From NCBI GenBank assembly GCA_016188355.1, contig JACPHY010000001.1, forward strand, positions 38,125-102,124: DNA of 64,000 bases, in the 5' to 3' direction. The notes under the pieces are model-generated. The model saw nothing but the letters and a program-made list of their open reading frames with translations. It did not search any database and had not been told where the DNA came from. How positions within the stretch are numbered: the stretch's first letter is position 1; each line of letters opens with the position of its first letter. Of this stretch, positions 9,835-18,500 are shown one piece after another. Source of the stretch: Candidatus Uhrbacteria bacterium (lineage in GTDB: Bacteria; Patescibacteriota; Patescibacteriia; JACPHY01). Position numbers and translations under genes: made by a program.

Positions 9835-10005
9835 GACCTGTTGCCCAATAGGTTTCGTCGCGAAATCTGCAGCGTTCGAATGGGAGGGATCCCTCGGCAG
9901 TCCTCGGGATAAACTCCAGAAGAGCAGGGCTCTTTTGAGTATTTTTTTGAAGCGTTGCAGCCGAACGCTGCAGATTGCAGCAGAAAACCTATTGGGCAAC
10001 AGGTC
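9835..10005. repeat. 171-bp imperfect palindrome: 44-nt arms (21 + 14 perfectly paired, 9-nt internal bubble) around a ~83-nt loop. MITE-like or large regulatory stem-loop in the divergent rpmA / membrane-protein intergenic region.
   Basis: Left arm gacctgttgcccaataggtttcgtcgcgaaatctgcagcgttcg. Right arm cgaacgctgcagattgcagcagaaaacctattgggcaacaggtc. Confidence 0.6.
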
Positions 10006-10018
10006 TATTGGTGATCAT

Positions 10019-10456
10019 GTGGCTCATCTGACTGGACGATCGCTCCGTGAGGTATGTCGGATCCTGGGTGCGCACCCGGGAGCACGATGGCTGCTCCTGG
10101 TTGCAGTGGTTTGCACTGCGGGTACATGGATTACGGTTTTGGCAATCCCGAGGATTCCGGGTAACGACACCGTGGTGACGCATTATTCCACCACATTTGG
10201 CATTGATGCGTTGGGCGCCTGGCGGCAACTCTTCCGACTGCCGAGCATTGCCACGATTCTGTTGGGTATGAATGTGGGTATCGCCGTCGCGAGTATTCGG
10301 GCGACACGACCGGATGCGCACCCTGTGCCCCTTCTCCCGCCGGCGGCACAGACCATGCTCATTGCATCGGCACTCTTGAGTGCCGTGGCGCTCGTGGGAG
10401 CGCTCTTCTTGCTCCGGGTGAATCTTCATTATTTCGGAAGCTCGGGTGCGATATGA
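10019..10456 (+). CDS. Hypothetical polytopic membrane protein (ORF open from 9935, but that part overlaps the palindrome; GTG 10019 is a plausible start). Stop overlaps the mraY start (ATGA).
   Basis: Several hydrophobic helices (WLLLVAVVCTAGTWITVLAI, IATILLGMNVGIAVASI, MLIASALLSAVALVGALFLL). Translationally coupled to mraY. Confidence 0.45.
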   Translation: MAHLTGRSLREVCRILGAHPGARWLLLVAVVCTAGTWITVLAIPRIPGNDTVVTHYSTTFGIDALGAWRQLFRLPSIATILLGMNVGIAVASIRATRPDAHPVPLLPPAAQTMLIASALLSAVALVGALFLLRVNLHYFGSSGAI

Positions 10457-11514
10457 TCACGCCGGATCCAGTCGTGCAGGCAACCGGACGGGTGTTCCTC
10501 CTGACCGCCGCAGCATTCGTGGTCACCATGGCGTGGACGCCACTGCTGGCGCGTTTGTTGTACCGCTACAAGCTTGGCAAGAATATCCGTCTCGCTTCCG
10601 ACGCGCCGGTATATGCGAAGCTGCATGCGCATAAGGCAGGGACGCCCACCATGGGCGGCGTGCTCATCTGGGTGACGATGCTGGCATTCGCGGGTTTTTT
10701 CGCACTCGCTGCCGCATTCCACATCCCGGGATTGCGCATCCTCCATTTCGTGAATCGCGAAGAGACGCTCTTGCCGCTCGGGGTGCTCCTTGCTACCGCG
10801 GTGGTGGGCCTGGGAGATGATCTCATGAACATCTTTCGGATTGGTCCGAAAGGGGGGGGATTGCGGATGCGGCATCGGGTGGTCCTGTACGCGGCGATTG
10901 CGGCGGTGGGGGCATGGTGGTTCGTGGATAAGCTCGAATGGACGACCACGCGCATTCCGTTTGTGGGGCCGGTCGATTTGGGGTGGTGGTTTGTGCCGTT
11001 TGCGATACTGGTGCTGTTTGCGACCGCGCACTCCGTCAATTTGATTGATGGCCTCGATGGTCTCGCCGGGGGAACGGTGCTCACGGCGTACGGCGCGTAT
11101 GGGGCAATCGCGTTCGTGGAGGGACGGTACCATCTCGCCGCTTTTATTGGGGTGCTCGTGGGAAGTTTGCTTGCATTTTTGTGGTTCAATATTCCTCCAG
11201 CGCGATTCTTCATGGGAGATACCGGAGCCATGCCACTCGGTATTACGCTTGGGGTCATCGCACTGCTCACGAATGAACCCTTCCTGCTGTTTATCATTGG
11301 ATTCCCCTTTGTCCTGGAGTCGCTCTCAGTGATTGCACAGATGATGGCACGGCGTTGGTGGGGACGTCGTCTTTTCCGATCGTCGCCGCTGCATCATCAT
11401 CTTGAGGCGATGGGATGGCCAGAATCGAAAATCGTCATGCGATTTTGGGTGATTTCCGGTGTCATGGCAGTGGTGGGGCTCACGATATTTCTCCTGGATC
11501 GTAGTGCGTGGTAG
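10453..11514 (+). CDS. mraY: Phospho-N-acetylmuramoyl-pentapeptide transferase
   Basis: N-terminus and conserved DDxxN-containing loops (GLGDDLMNI..., HSVNLIDGLDGLAGG). Confidence 0.9.
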   Translation: MITPDPVVQATGRVFLLTAAAFVVTMAWTPLLARLLYRYKLGKNIRLASDAPVYAKLHAHKAGTPTMGGVLIWVTMLAFAGFFALAAAFHIPGLRILHFVNREETLLPLGVLLATAVVGLGDDLMNIFRIGPKGGGLRMRHRVVLYAAIAAVGAWWFVDKLEWTTTRIPFVGPVDLGWWFVPFAILVLFATAHSVNLIDGLDGLAGGTVLTAYGAYGAIAFVEGRYHLAAFIGVLVGSLLAFLWFNIPPARFFMGDTGAMPLGITLGVIALLTNEPFLLFIIGFPFVLESLSVIAQMMARRWWGRRLFRSSPLHHHLEAMGWPESKIVMRFWVISGVMAVVGLTIFLLDRSAW

Positions 11515-11526
11515 CGGCAGCCGCGT

Positions 11527-12675
11527 ATGCGTACGTGGAAATTGATGGAAGGGGAGCGGCAATTCATGATTGCGCTTGGGGTATTGGTGGTGCTGGGATT
11601 GTTGTTTCTCTCCTCGGCGAGTGCGCCGCTCGCGTATGAGCGGTTCGGCAATCGTTCCACATATGTGCTCCATCAGTTGACCTCCGGGATCCTCCCGGGC
11701 ATTGCGGCGTTTTTCTGCATGCGGAAGGTGCGCACCTCGTTTTTGCAGCGCGCGGCCATTCCGTTGCTCGTGGGGAGTGTAGCGTTGCTGGTGCTCATTT
11801 TCGTTCCGGGCCTCGGAGAAGCGCACCAGCGGACGCGGAGCTGGCTGTCGCTGGGTCCGCTAACGTTCCAGCCGGCAGAAATAGCAAAACTAGGACTCAT
11901 TCTGGCGCTCGCGGCATGGGCGACCGTGCGTCGGCCGGAATGGTTCGTCCTCACGTCTTGGTGGCGCGGGTTGGTGCCGTTTCTCCTCGTGTTCGGCACC
12001 GTGGCGGGTCTGGTTGCTGTGCAGCCTGACGTGGGTACCATGTCGATTCTCACCGCGATCGCGATCGGTATGGCGATTGCCTCCGGCCTGCGTTGGATGC
12101 ACCTTGGTGCATTGGTGGTTGGCGTGGTGGGGGTGATCGGAGCCCTCATCGCCGCGGCACCCTATCGGCTCGCGCGGCTGACCGTGTTTCTCCATCCCGA
12201 ACTCGATCCGCGCGGGATTGGGTATCAGGTGAATCAGGCGCTTTTGGGAATTGGATCTGGCGGAGTGTTCGGGGTGGGTTTGGGGCATTCTCGTCAGAAG
12301 TTCTCGTTCCTCCCTGAGGTGATTTCGGATTCCATTTTTGCGATTATTGCCGAGGAAATAGGATTTTTGGGGTCGTTGGCTTTTATCGCGGTGTTGGTTT
12401 GGGTGATTGCACTGGTGCTGCGCAGGGCCATGACGGCGACCGATGCATTTGAGCGTCTCGTGCTCGTCGGGATCGCAGCCTGGTGGGGATCGCAGTCAAT
12501 CGTGAATATCGGGGCGATTATTGGACTGCTCCCGCTGACCGGTTTACCGTTGCCTTTCGTGAGCTATGGGGGGACGTCCATGGTCGTGGCACTGGCTGCA
12601 GCGGGGATTGTGGCACAGGTATATGCACGCGACCGCGCCGGAGAGCGGGTGCGGGGATCATGGCGGAGGAATTAA
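11527..12675 (+). CDS. ftsW: SEDS-family peptidoglycan glycosyltransferase FtsW/RodA
   Basis: 10 TM pattern. Conserved PEVISDSIFAIIAEEIGFLG and LPLPFVSYGGTS motifs. Confidence 0.85.
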   Translation: MRTWKLMEGERQFMIALGVLVVLGLLFLSSASAPLAYERFGNRSTYVLHQLTSGILPGIAAFFCMRKVRTSFLQRAAIPLLVGSVALLVLIFVPGLGEAHQRTRSWLSLGPLTFQPAEIAKLGLILALAAWATVRRPEWFVLTSWWRGLVPFLLVFGTVAGLVAVQPDVGTMSILTAIAIGMAIASGLRWMHLGALVVGVVGVIGALIAAAPYRLARLTVFLHPELDPRGIGYQVNQALLGIGSGGVFGVGLGHSRQKFSFLPEVISDSIFAIIAEEIGFLGSLAFIAVLVWVIALVLRRAMTATDAFERLVLVGIAAWWGSQSIVNIGAIIGLLPLTGLPLPFVSYGGTSMVVALAAAGIVAQVYARDRAGERVRGSWRRN

Positions 12676-12676
12676 C

Positions 12677-12838
12677 GAGACCTCTGCAAACATCCCGATT
12701 CGCTCCAGGAACGCGCTGCTCGGCTGCGCTGCGTTCCTCGACCGTTCACGAGATCCGCTGGATATCGCTCGGGTCTGCGTCGCGCAGCTCGCTCGAGCAC
12801 CACGTCCCTGGCGCGAAAGCGATTATTGTGGAGGTCTC
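12677..12838 (+). mobile_element. Full-length 162-bp MITE-like repeat element with ~38-bp terminal inverted repeats (gagacctctgcaaa...tttgtggaggtctc). Fills the ftsW-murG intergenic space exactly: starts 2 nt after the ftsW stop and ends 6 nt before the murG ATG.
   Basis: ~93% identical to 59370-59531. Shorter or partial copies at 44884-44945 and 1030-1063. Arms are reverse-complementary. Confidence 0.75.
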
Positions 12839-12844
12839 TCGGAT

Positions 12845-13951
12845 ATGCACGTCTTGTTCGTGGGCGGAGGCACATTGGGTTCCGTTACTCCACTCCTTGC
12901 GATTGTGGAGGAGTTGCGCGACCGTGTGCACGGGGTGCGGTGTTCGTGGTGGGGCACACGATTGGGGCCGGAGCGCGCAGTTATTGCCGCCGCAGGAATA
13001 CCATTTCGTGCAATTCCATCCGGAAAGTTTCGTCGATATTGGGATCTGCAGCAGATGATAGACCCATTCCGCATCCTCGCCGCGGGCGTGGTCGCCCTGG
13101 CGCGGTTGTCGCGTGATCGCCCCGATGTGGTGGTGGGAGCTGGCGCATTTGTGCAGGTGCCGGTGATGTGGGCGGCGCGGCTCCTCCGTATTCCGGTCAT
13201 GATCCACCAACAGGACGTACGGCCTGGACTGGCGAATAAACTCGTGGCGCCCATCGCACAGATCATCACGGGAGTGTTCCCCGCACATGTGGTTGCGTTT
13301 GGGGCGCGGCCGGTGCGTATCGTGGGGAATCCCGTGCGTCGTGCAATGCGCTCCATGAGTTCGATTTCGTCTGGACAAGCCAAGCAGCTGTTGGGATTCC
13401 CACCGCATTTGCCGCTCGTGCTGGTACTGGGTGGAGGAACGGGAGCGCAGGCGCTCAATGTGCTGGCTCACGCTGCACATGGTGTATGGAAGCAGGCGAG
13501 CTTCCTTGTGGTGACTGGGCGCGGGAAGCGTGTGGTGGATCCACCGACGCCTCCACTGGGCAGTAGTAGTTCTGGGGGCGTCGTGACGTATCGGGAAGAA
13601 GAATTCCTCGACGCCGAAACGCTGGTGCTTGCCTATACGGCAGCGGATGTCGTGGTGAGTCGCGCAGGCATGGGAACGGTCACGGAATTGGGCGTGCTGG
13701 GAAAGGTGATGGTGCTCGTGCCGATGCCGGGCACGCATCAAGAGGATAACGCGGCAGCGATTGGGATGCGGCAGGCGGCGGTCGTGTGGAAGCAGCAGGA
13801 GATCACACCGGAGGAGTTCGCGCGTCAAATTCGGGCACTGCTCGCTGATCCGTCGCGAGGTGTTGCATTAGCGGCATCGGCGCAGGCACTGTTTCCTGCG
13901 CATGCCGCGACGCGGAGCACGGAGTTGTTGCTTACGTTGGTGTCGGAATGA
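12845..13951 (+). CDS. murG: Undecaprenyldiphospho-muramoylpentapeptide beta-N-acetylglucosaminyltransferase (the ORF track extends upstream to 12566 across the repeat; real start MHVLFVGGG at 12845)
   Basis: MHVLFVGGGTLGSVTPLLAI... GT28 N- and C-domains. Position after ftsW. Confidence 0.88.
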   Translation: MHVLFVGGGTLGSVTPLLAIVEELRDRVHGVRCSWWGTRLGPERAVIAAAGIPFRAIPSGKFRRYWDLQQMIDPFRILAAGVVALARLSRDRPDVVVGAGAFVQVPVMWAARLLRIPVMIHQQDVRPGLANKLVAPIAQIITGVFPAHVVAFGARPVRIVGNPVRRAMRSMSSISSGQAKQLLGFPPHLPLVLVLGGGTGAQALNVLAHAAHGVWKQASFLVVTGRGKRVVDPPTPPLGSSSSGGVVTYREEEFLDAETLVLAYTAADVVVSRAGMGTVTELGVLGKVMVLVPMPGTHQEDNAAAIGMRQAAVVWKQQEITPEEFARQIRALLADPSRGVALAASAQALFPAHAATRSTELLLTLVSE

Positions 13952-13965
13952 GTGCATCAGCAGTA

Positions 13966-14005
13966 CATCCAAACCCCGCACCGTGCTCGGTGCGGGGTTT
14001 GGATG
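13966..14005. terminator. 17-bp-stem perfect hairpin (catccaaaccccgcaccg/tgct/cggtgcggggtttggatg) between convergent murG and the small minus-strand gene
   Basis: Direct sequence complementarity. Convergent gene ends. Confidence 0.55.
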
Positions 14006-14016
14006 TGGAGTGCCGT

Positions 14017-14385
14017 TCAGTTCTGATTCGCTGGAGGCGGTTCGATGTTACTGGTGTCGGGAACAACGTCTGCGCTCGCCGTTGTTCGGCAGGAGGCGGT
14101 CAGGGTAGTTTCGAGGTTTTCGAGGCGCGCATGCAGCTGCTGGATTTCGGCGAAAATTTGAGCGCGCGATGGCTCTGCGGGGCGAGACTGTGGGGTGAGC
14201 GCAATTCCTGCCCATACATCACCGCCCGCCGCAAAACTCAGCGCGATCGACGCGGAGAGTCCCGCGACCAGCAACGCGAGAGTGGATGGTGCCTCTCCGG
14301 CGGGCTTCGCGGCGGTGATCAGTGGTGCGGGAGGAGTCGCAGTACGGGCAGTGCGTCGGTTCCGTTTCGTGACGAGTTGGTCCAT
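14017..14385 (-). CDS. Small hypothetical membrane protein (basic N-terminus, one TM helix, C-terminal coiled-coil)
   Basis: 122-aa ORF with TM LALLVAGLSASIALSFAAGG and heptad-like AQIFAEIQQLHARLENLETTL. The overlapping plus-frame ORF translates to W/C/R-rich implausible sequence. Confidence 0.4.
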   Translation of the reverse strand: MDQLVTKRNRRTARTATPPAPLITAAKPAGEAPSTLALLVAGLSASIALSFAAGGDVWAGIALTPQSRPAEPSRAQIFAEIQQLHARLENLETTLTASCRTTASADVVPDTSNIEPPPANQN

Positions 14386-14590
14386 AAAGGGCGATTACCG
14401 TGAATCAATATGCAATCGTCGTATAAAATTTACCGCGGCGCCGCTATGGACTTCGTCCGAACCCGAGCGCAGCGACCGGAGTATGTGGGGAAGAAGGGCT
14501 TTGCCCGACCCCGCATACGGAGGGAGCAAGTGACTTGGTTGGAGGGAAGGGGGCACGGGAGGGAAACCGGGAGGTTTCCCCACGATCTTT

Positions 14591-14662
14591 TGGGCCGCCT
14601 GGGAGTCGAACCCAGAACCTCTGGCTTAAAAGGCCATTGCTCTGCCATTGAGCTAGCGGCCC
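14591..14662 (-). tRNA. tRNA-Lys (anticodon UUU)
   Basis: Reverse complement GGGCCGCTAGCTCAATGGCAGAGCAATGGCCTTTTAAGCCAGAGGTTCTGGGTTCGACTCCCAGGCGGCCCA folds as a cloverleaf: 7-bp acceptor, GCTC/GAGC D-stem, anticodon loop CTTTTAA, T-arm CTGGG/TTCGACT/CCCAG. CCA not encoded. Confidence 0.85.
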
Positions 14663-14686
14663 AAGCGGCTTCCCGATGGTGTGCGG

Positions 14687-15364
14687 TTATGGGAGCGCGA
14701 TGGGCATAGTGGTGGTATTTCCTGCACGATCGGTGACATGGAGCTCCGGTGTGATCTCGGGGTCGGTGAGACGTTCGATCGCAATGGAGTGGTGCATGCG
14801 GAACGGCGCGTCGGTCGTGTTTTGGCGATTGCCCGCAATGTCCACCCAGGCATTTGCGGGTTCATTGGTGGAGAAGGTAACGCGGTAATTGTTCGGGGTG
14901 ATGGATGCAGAGGTGAAGGAGAGTACAGTGGGAGCGGTGCGATCAACGCCGGGGAGCGTGAATGGGCAATTACCCGATTGTACGGTTGCTCCGGTATCCG
15001 ATCGTGTGGAGGAAACGCGGAAATGGTAGGTGGTTCCCGGAGTGAGCATGTCCACCACGACGCGATGATCAGTCCCCGGAGTTGCGGGAACGACTCGACC
15101 GTATTGGGAATCAATGCCCAGCATGACGTGATTGACATCCGATGCAAGCGAGGTCGTCCACGAGATTGCCGCTTTGCCGCCCGTTGCAACAACGTGCGCG
15201 CACGGATGATCCGTGAGCGCGAGCGTCCGCATTGATTCAGTGGTGCTCGTTGCGGCGAGCGTGGCGAGCGCGGCGGTGGTACCGCTCGTTGCTGCGACGA
15301 GCGCAACGACCCATGTAGCAATACGAATGCGTGGAGGCGAATCCAATTCGTCAAGTGTTGCCAT
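14687..15364 (-). CDS. Membrane-anchored protein with fibronectin type III-like domain (the longer ORF to 15835 overlaps the divergent giant gene; likely start ATG 15364)
   Basis: N-terminal TM IATWVVALVAATSG. FN3-like ...AAISWTTSLASDVNHVMLGIDSQYGRVVPATPGTDHRVVVDMLTPGTTYHFRVSS. Confidence 0.5.
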   Translation of the reverse strand: MATLDELDSPPRIRIATWVVALVAATSGTTAALATLAATSTTESMRTLALTDHPCAHVVATGGKAAISWTTSLASDVNHVMLGIDSQYGRVVPATPGTDHRVVVDMLTPGTTYHFRVSSTRSDTGATVQSGNCPFTLPGVDRTAPTVLSFTSASITPNNYRVTFSTNEPANAWVDIAGNRQNTTDAPFRMHHSIAIERLTDPEITPELHVTDRAGNTTTMPIALP

Positions 15365-15524
15365 ACCACGCAGGGAGCATCGATGGGACCATACACATCT
15401 CCGTCCCCACCCCACACCTGGAGCATATCGCGAAATCCACAGCGCGACAAGAACACATGGGGGCGGGTGTGTTCGTGATATACTGCAAGGGCATTGTACG
15501 GAGGTAGACTTTGTTGTTTGGCGT

Positions 15525-18500
15525 ATGTTGCGAACCTCATCGCGCGGAGTAGCCGCGTCGTTCGTCGGCGCGAGTTTTGTGCTTTCCGCGATTTTGATCA
15601 TGGTGCGATTGGATGCTGCATCGCGTTCCTTTGTGGCGTCGTTCGCAACGACGGCTACGCGAGATGCGGTAACGACTGCCGTATGGGATACGGAGGCACG
15701 GGAAATTCGATTGCCGGCATCGGGAGCAGCATGGTCGCCATATGCGGGGCTTGCCGAACAGCGCGTTCGCGCGATTGCGTTTTCCCCAGCATTCGCCAGC
15801 GATCGAACGATGCTCGTCGGTGTGGCCGACGGCATCTATCGATCGACGGATGCGGGGGCGAGCTGGGTGCGGAGCGCAACGACCGCCAATGAAGTAGTAG
15901 ACATCGCTCTTTCCCCGGCATTTACGGGCGATGGCGCTGCATTTGCTATTACGAATGGAGATGGATTGTGGCGCAGTGGCGATGGTGGGGCAACGTGGAC
16001 GAAGGTCGATGCGGATGCGAGCGGGCTTGGCGTTGCATTTTCCCCGGCATTTGCAGCAGATCGCACCGTATTTGTTGCGGCATTCACCAGTATCCGAAAG
16101 AGCACAGATGGAGGCACGTCCTGGTCTCCAGCCAATATCGGCATTGATTCCACCGCGCTCGAGAATGGAGACATCCGTGGGATCGCGGTATCGGGATCAT
16201 ATGCAACCGATGCGACCGTGTATGTGTCCGCGCTCGGCATTGGGGTCTACCGTAGTGTGGATGGAGGTGCGAATTGGTCCCCATCGAATCCAAGCGGTGT
16301 TTCCGTCTCCTACGCGGCAGCGATTGCGACGAATGGGGGCGGGACCGTTGCGGCGGCATTCTTGGATGGCGTGTACGTGAGTACGGATCGTGGATTGGTG
16401 TGGACGAAGCGCGTGGATGGCGACATTTTCGATATTGCTTTTGCCACGGATGGATCGATGCTGGTTGCGTCGGCGACACAGCCGATGCGTGTGTTGGTAG
16501 GAACGGAATCAGCGGCGCCATTGGGGACTGGATGGCCCGGTACGGGTTCGTTTTCGATTGCGGTGGCACCGACCTATCCGGCACCTGGGAGCGTGATTGC
16601 GGGACATGCATCCGGAGCGGCGGTCATTCGGGGAGCATATGCGACGACTGCAGTTGCGGTCTCGTCGGTCGTGGATGATGTGCCTCGGAACATTCTCCGT
16701 GCAACGGTGACGCCGACTGCGGATCAACCGGCAGGGACCAGTGTGAGTTATGAATTGAGTGTTGCGGATGGCGAGCCCGCATGGGAGGGGCCGGTGACGC
16801 CGGGCGAGGTGTGGACGTTCCGGGGTTCCGGTTCCTCGCTTCGGTGGCGCGCTACACTCCAAACGACATCCGATGTCGTGACGCCGGTGCTCCGTGGTCT
16901 CACGATTGCGTATACGTCCGAAGATTCGGTGGCGCCGCCGACGATCGCCTCGGGGACGCCGACCACCACCACGATTCGGTGGTCATGGGGCGACCGTCCT
17001 GCAGATGCGACCGGGTTTGTGGTACATGCGGGGACGCACGGGAGCGCGGACGAGCGGGTGATCGGCACGGTGAACACGCGAGAGGCGGATTATCTCGTGG
17101 AGGAGGGACTGACACCGAATACCGCGTTTTGCGATCGCCACGTGCATACGCGACGCAATGATGAACTTTCTGATCCGTCCGCTGCATTCCCCTGTGTGAC
17201 GACGCTCGTATCGGTGCCGCTCCTCACGGCGGCGGAGCGTACCTCCAATAGTGTGGCGCTCCGTTTTCCTCCGGAAGATGCGCCGGTCACGTACGCCATC
17301 CATGAGCAGATTTCAAATCAATTTGTCGGCGCGGATGGGAAATTGGCGAATGGGGTGGTTTGGCAGAGGGGGGTCGGATGGGGATCGGGAGTAGTTCCCG
17401 TGCTCGGTCTCTCTCCGGACACCTCCTACGCATTTTGTCTGCGGGCGCGGAATCGCGCGGGAGCGATGTCGACGTGTGCAGCACCGGTATCCGTGACGAC
17501 GATCGCTGCAGCGCCGCTCGGCGAGATCGCGGTCGGTGCGGGTACGCGAGCATCCGGTGGACGTGTGCGCATGGAGATTGAAGTGCATTCCGTGGGAGCC
17601 GGTTCGGCCGAAGATGTGGTGGTGCGTATTCCTGTTTCCGAGGGTCTCCGTGTGGTACCTGATGCATTGCGTCTGCAGGGGAATGTGCTCACCGACACCC
17701 GAGATGGAGATGTGGGAGATGTGGATGGAGCCGGCTCCGGAGGCATCACGTTTCGACTGGGCACGTTGTCCAGCGGCGCGACGCGTGTGATGGAGTTGTC
17801 CCTGACGTCGGTATCGCCGGGCGCGGTGACCGCCACTGTGTATCCGATCGTGTCCTATCGACCAGAATCTGGCGCAGATATTCGTACCGCGTCACTCCCT
17901 GCTCCGCTGACGATTTCGATTGCACCGCCCTCGACGGACGTCCCGCCCGTGATGACGCCACCAGGAGAGGCGCCGCCCGTTTCGAATGGCGGTGCACCGG
18001 CAGTGATGAATCCGCCGGCTGTGGGGGGTGGCTGGGGATCGGTCGACGCGGCGGGTACGTTTACCATACTTGCGCCACGAGATGGAACCGCGGTCCCTGT
18101 TGGCCCGCTTTCGGTCACGGGAACTGCAACGCCGGGGAGCGTACTGGTGATTGATGTGGATGATCGCCGGATGGCGACGGTCACCACGGATTCGGAGGGA
18201 CGATTTTCGGGTGCGGTGGGGGACGGACTTCCCCTGGGTGACCACCGCATTGCAGCACAGTTGGGTAACGCGCGTTCAGAATTGCACATTGCGGTGGTTC
18301 CATCGGATGATGCCATTCGTATCACCGCGCCGGTGTCCGGAACGTATATCAATGTCGCTGCAGTAGTGGTTGCGGGAACGGCGCCACCGGGCATTACCCT
18401 CCAACTGACGCAGGATGCGGCGCCATTGGGATCGCTGACGGTGGACGAATCAGGAGCATTTACTTTCCCCATTCCTGCTGCTCCCTCGGAAGGGCCGCAT

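Noticed and set aside
12566-12844. N-terminal extension of the murG ORF and the 59271-59537 ORF (…ETSANIPIRSRNALLGCAAFLDRSRDPLDIARVCVAQLAR…)
   Set aside because: These are translations across the 162-bp repeat element. The same peptide appears at both copies only because the DNA repeat is read in frame. The real starts are the ATGs just after the element.
13948-14403. Plus-strand 151-aa ORF downstream of murG
   Set aside because: Translation is Trp/Cys/Arg-rich and overlaps the more plausible minus-strand membrane/coiled-coil ORF. It lies beyond the murG terminator hairpin and has no SD.
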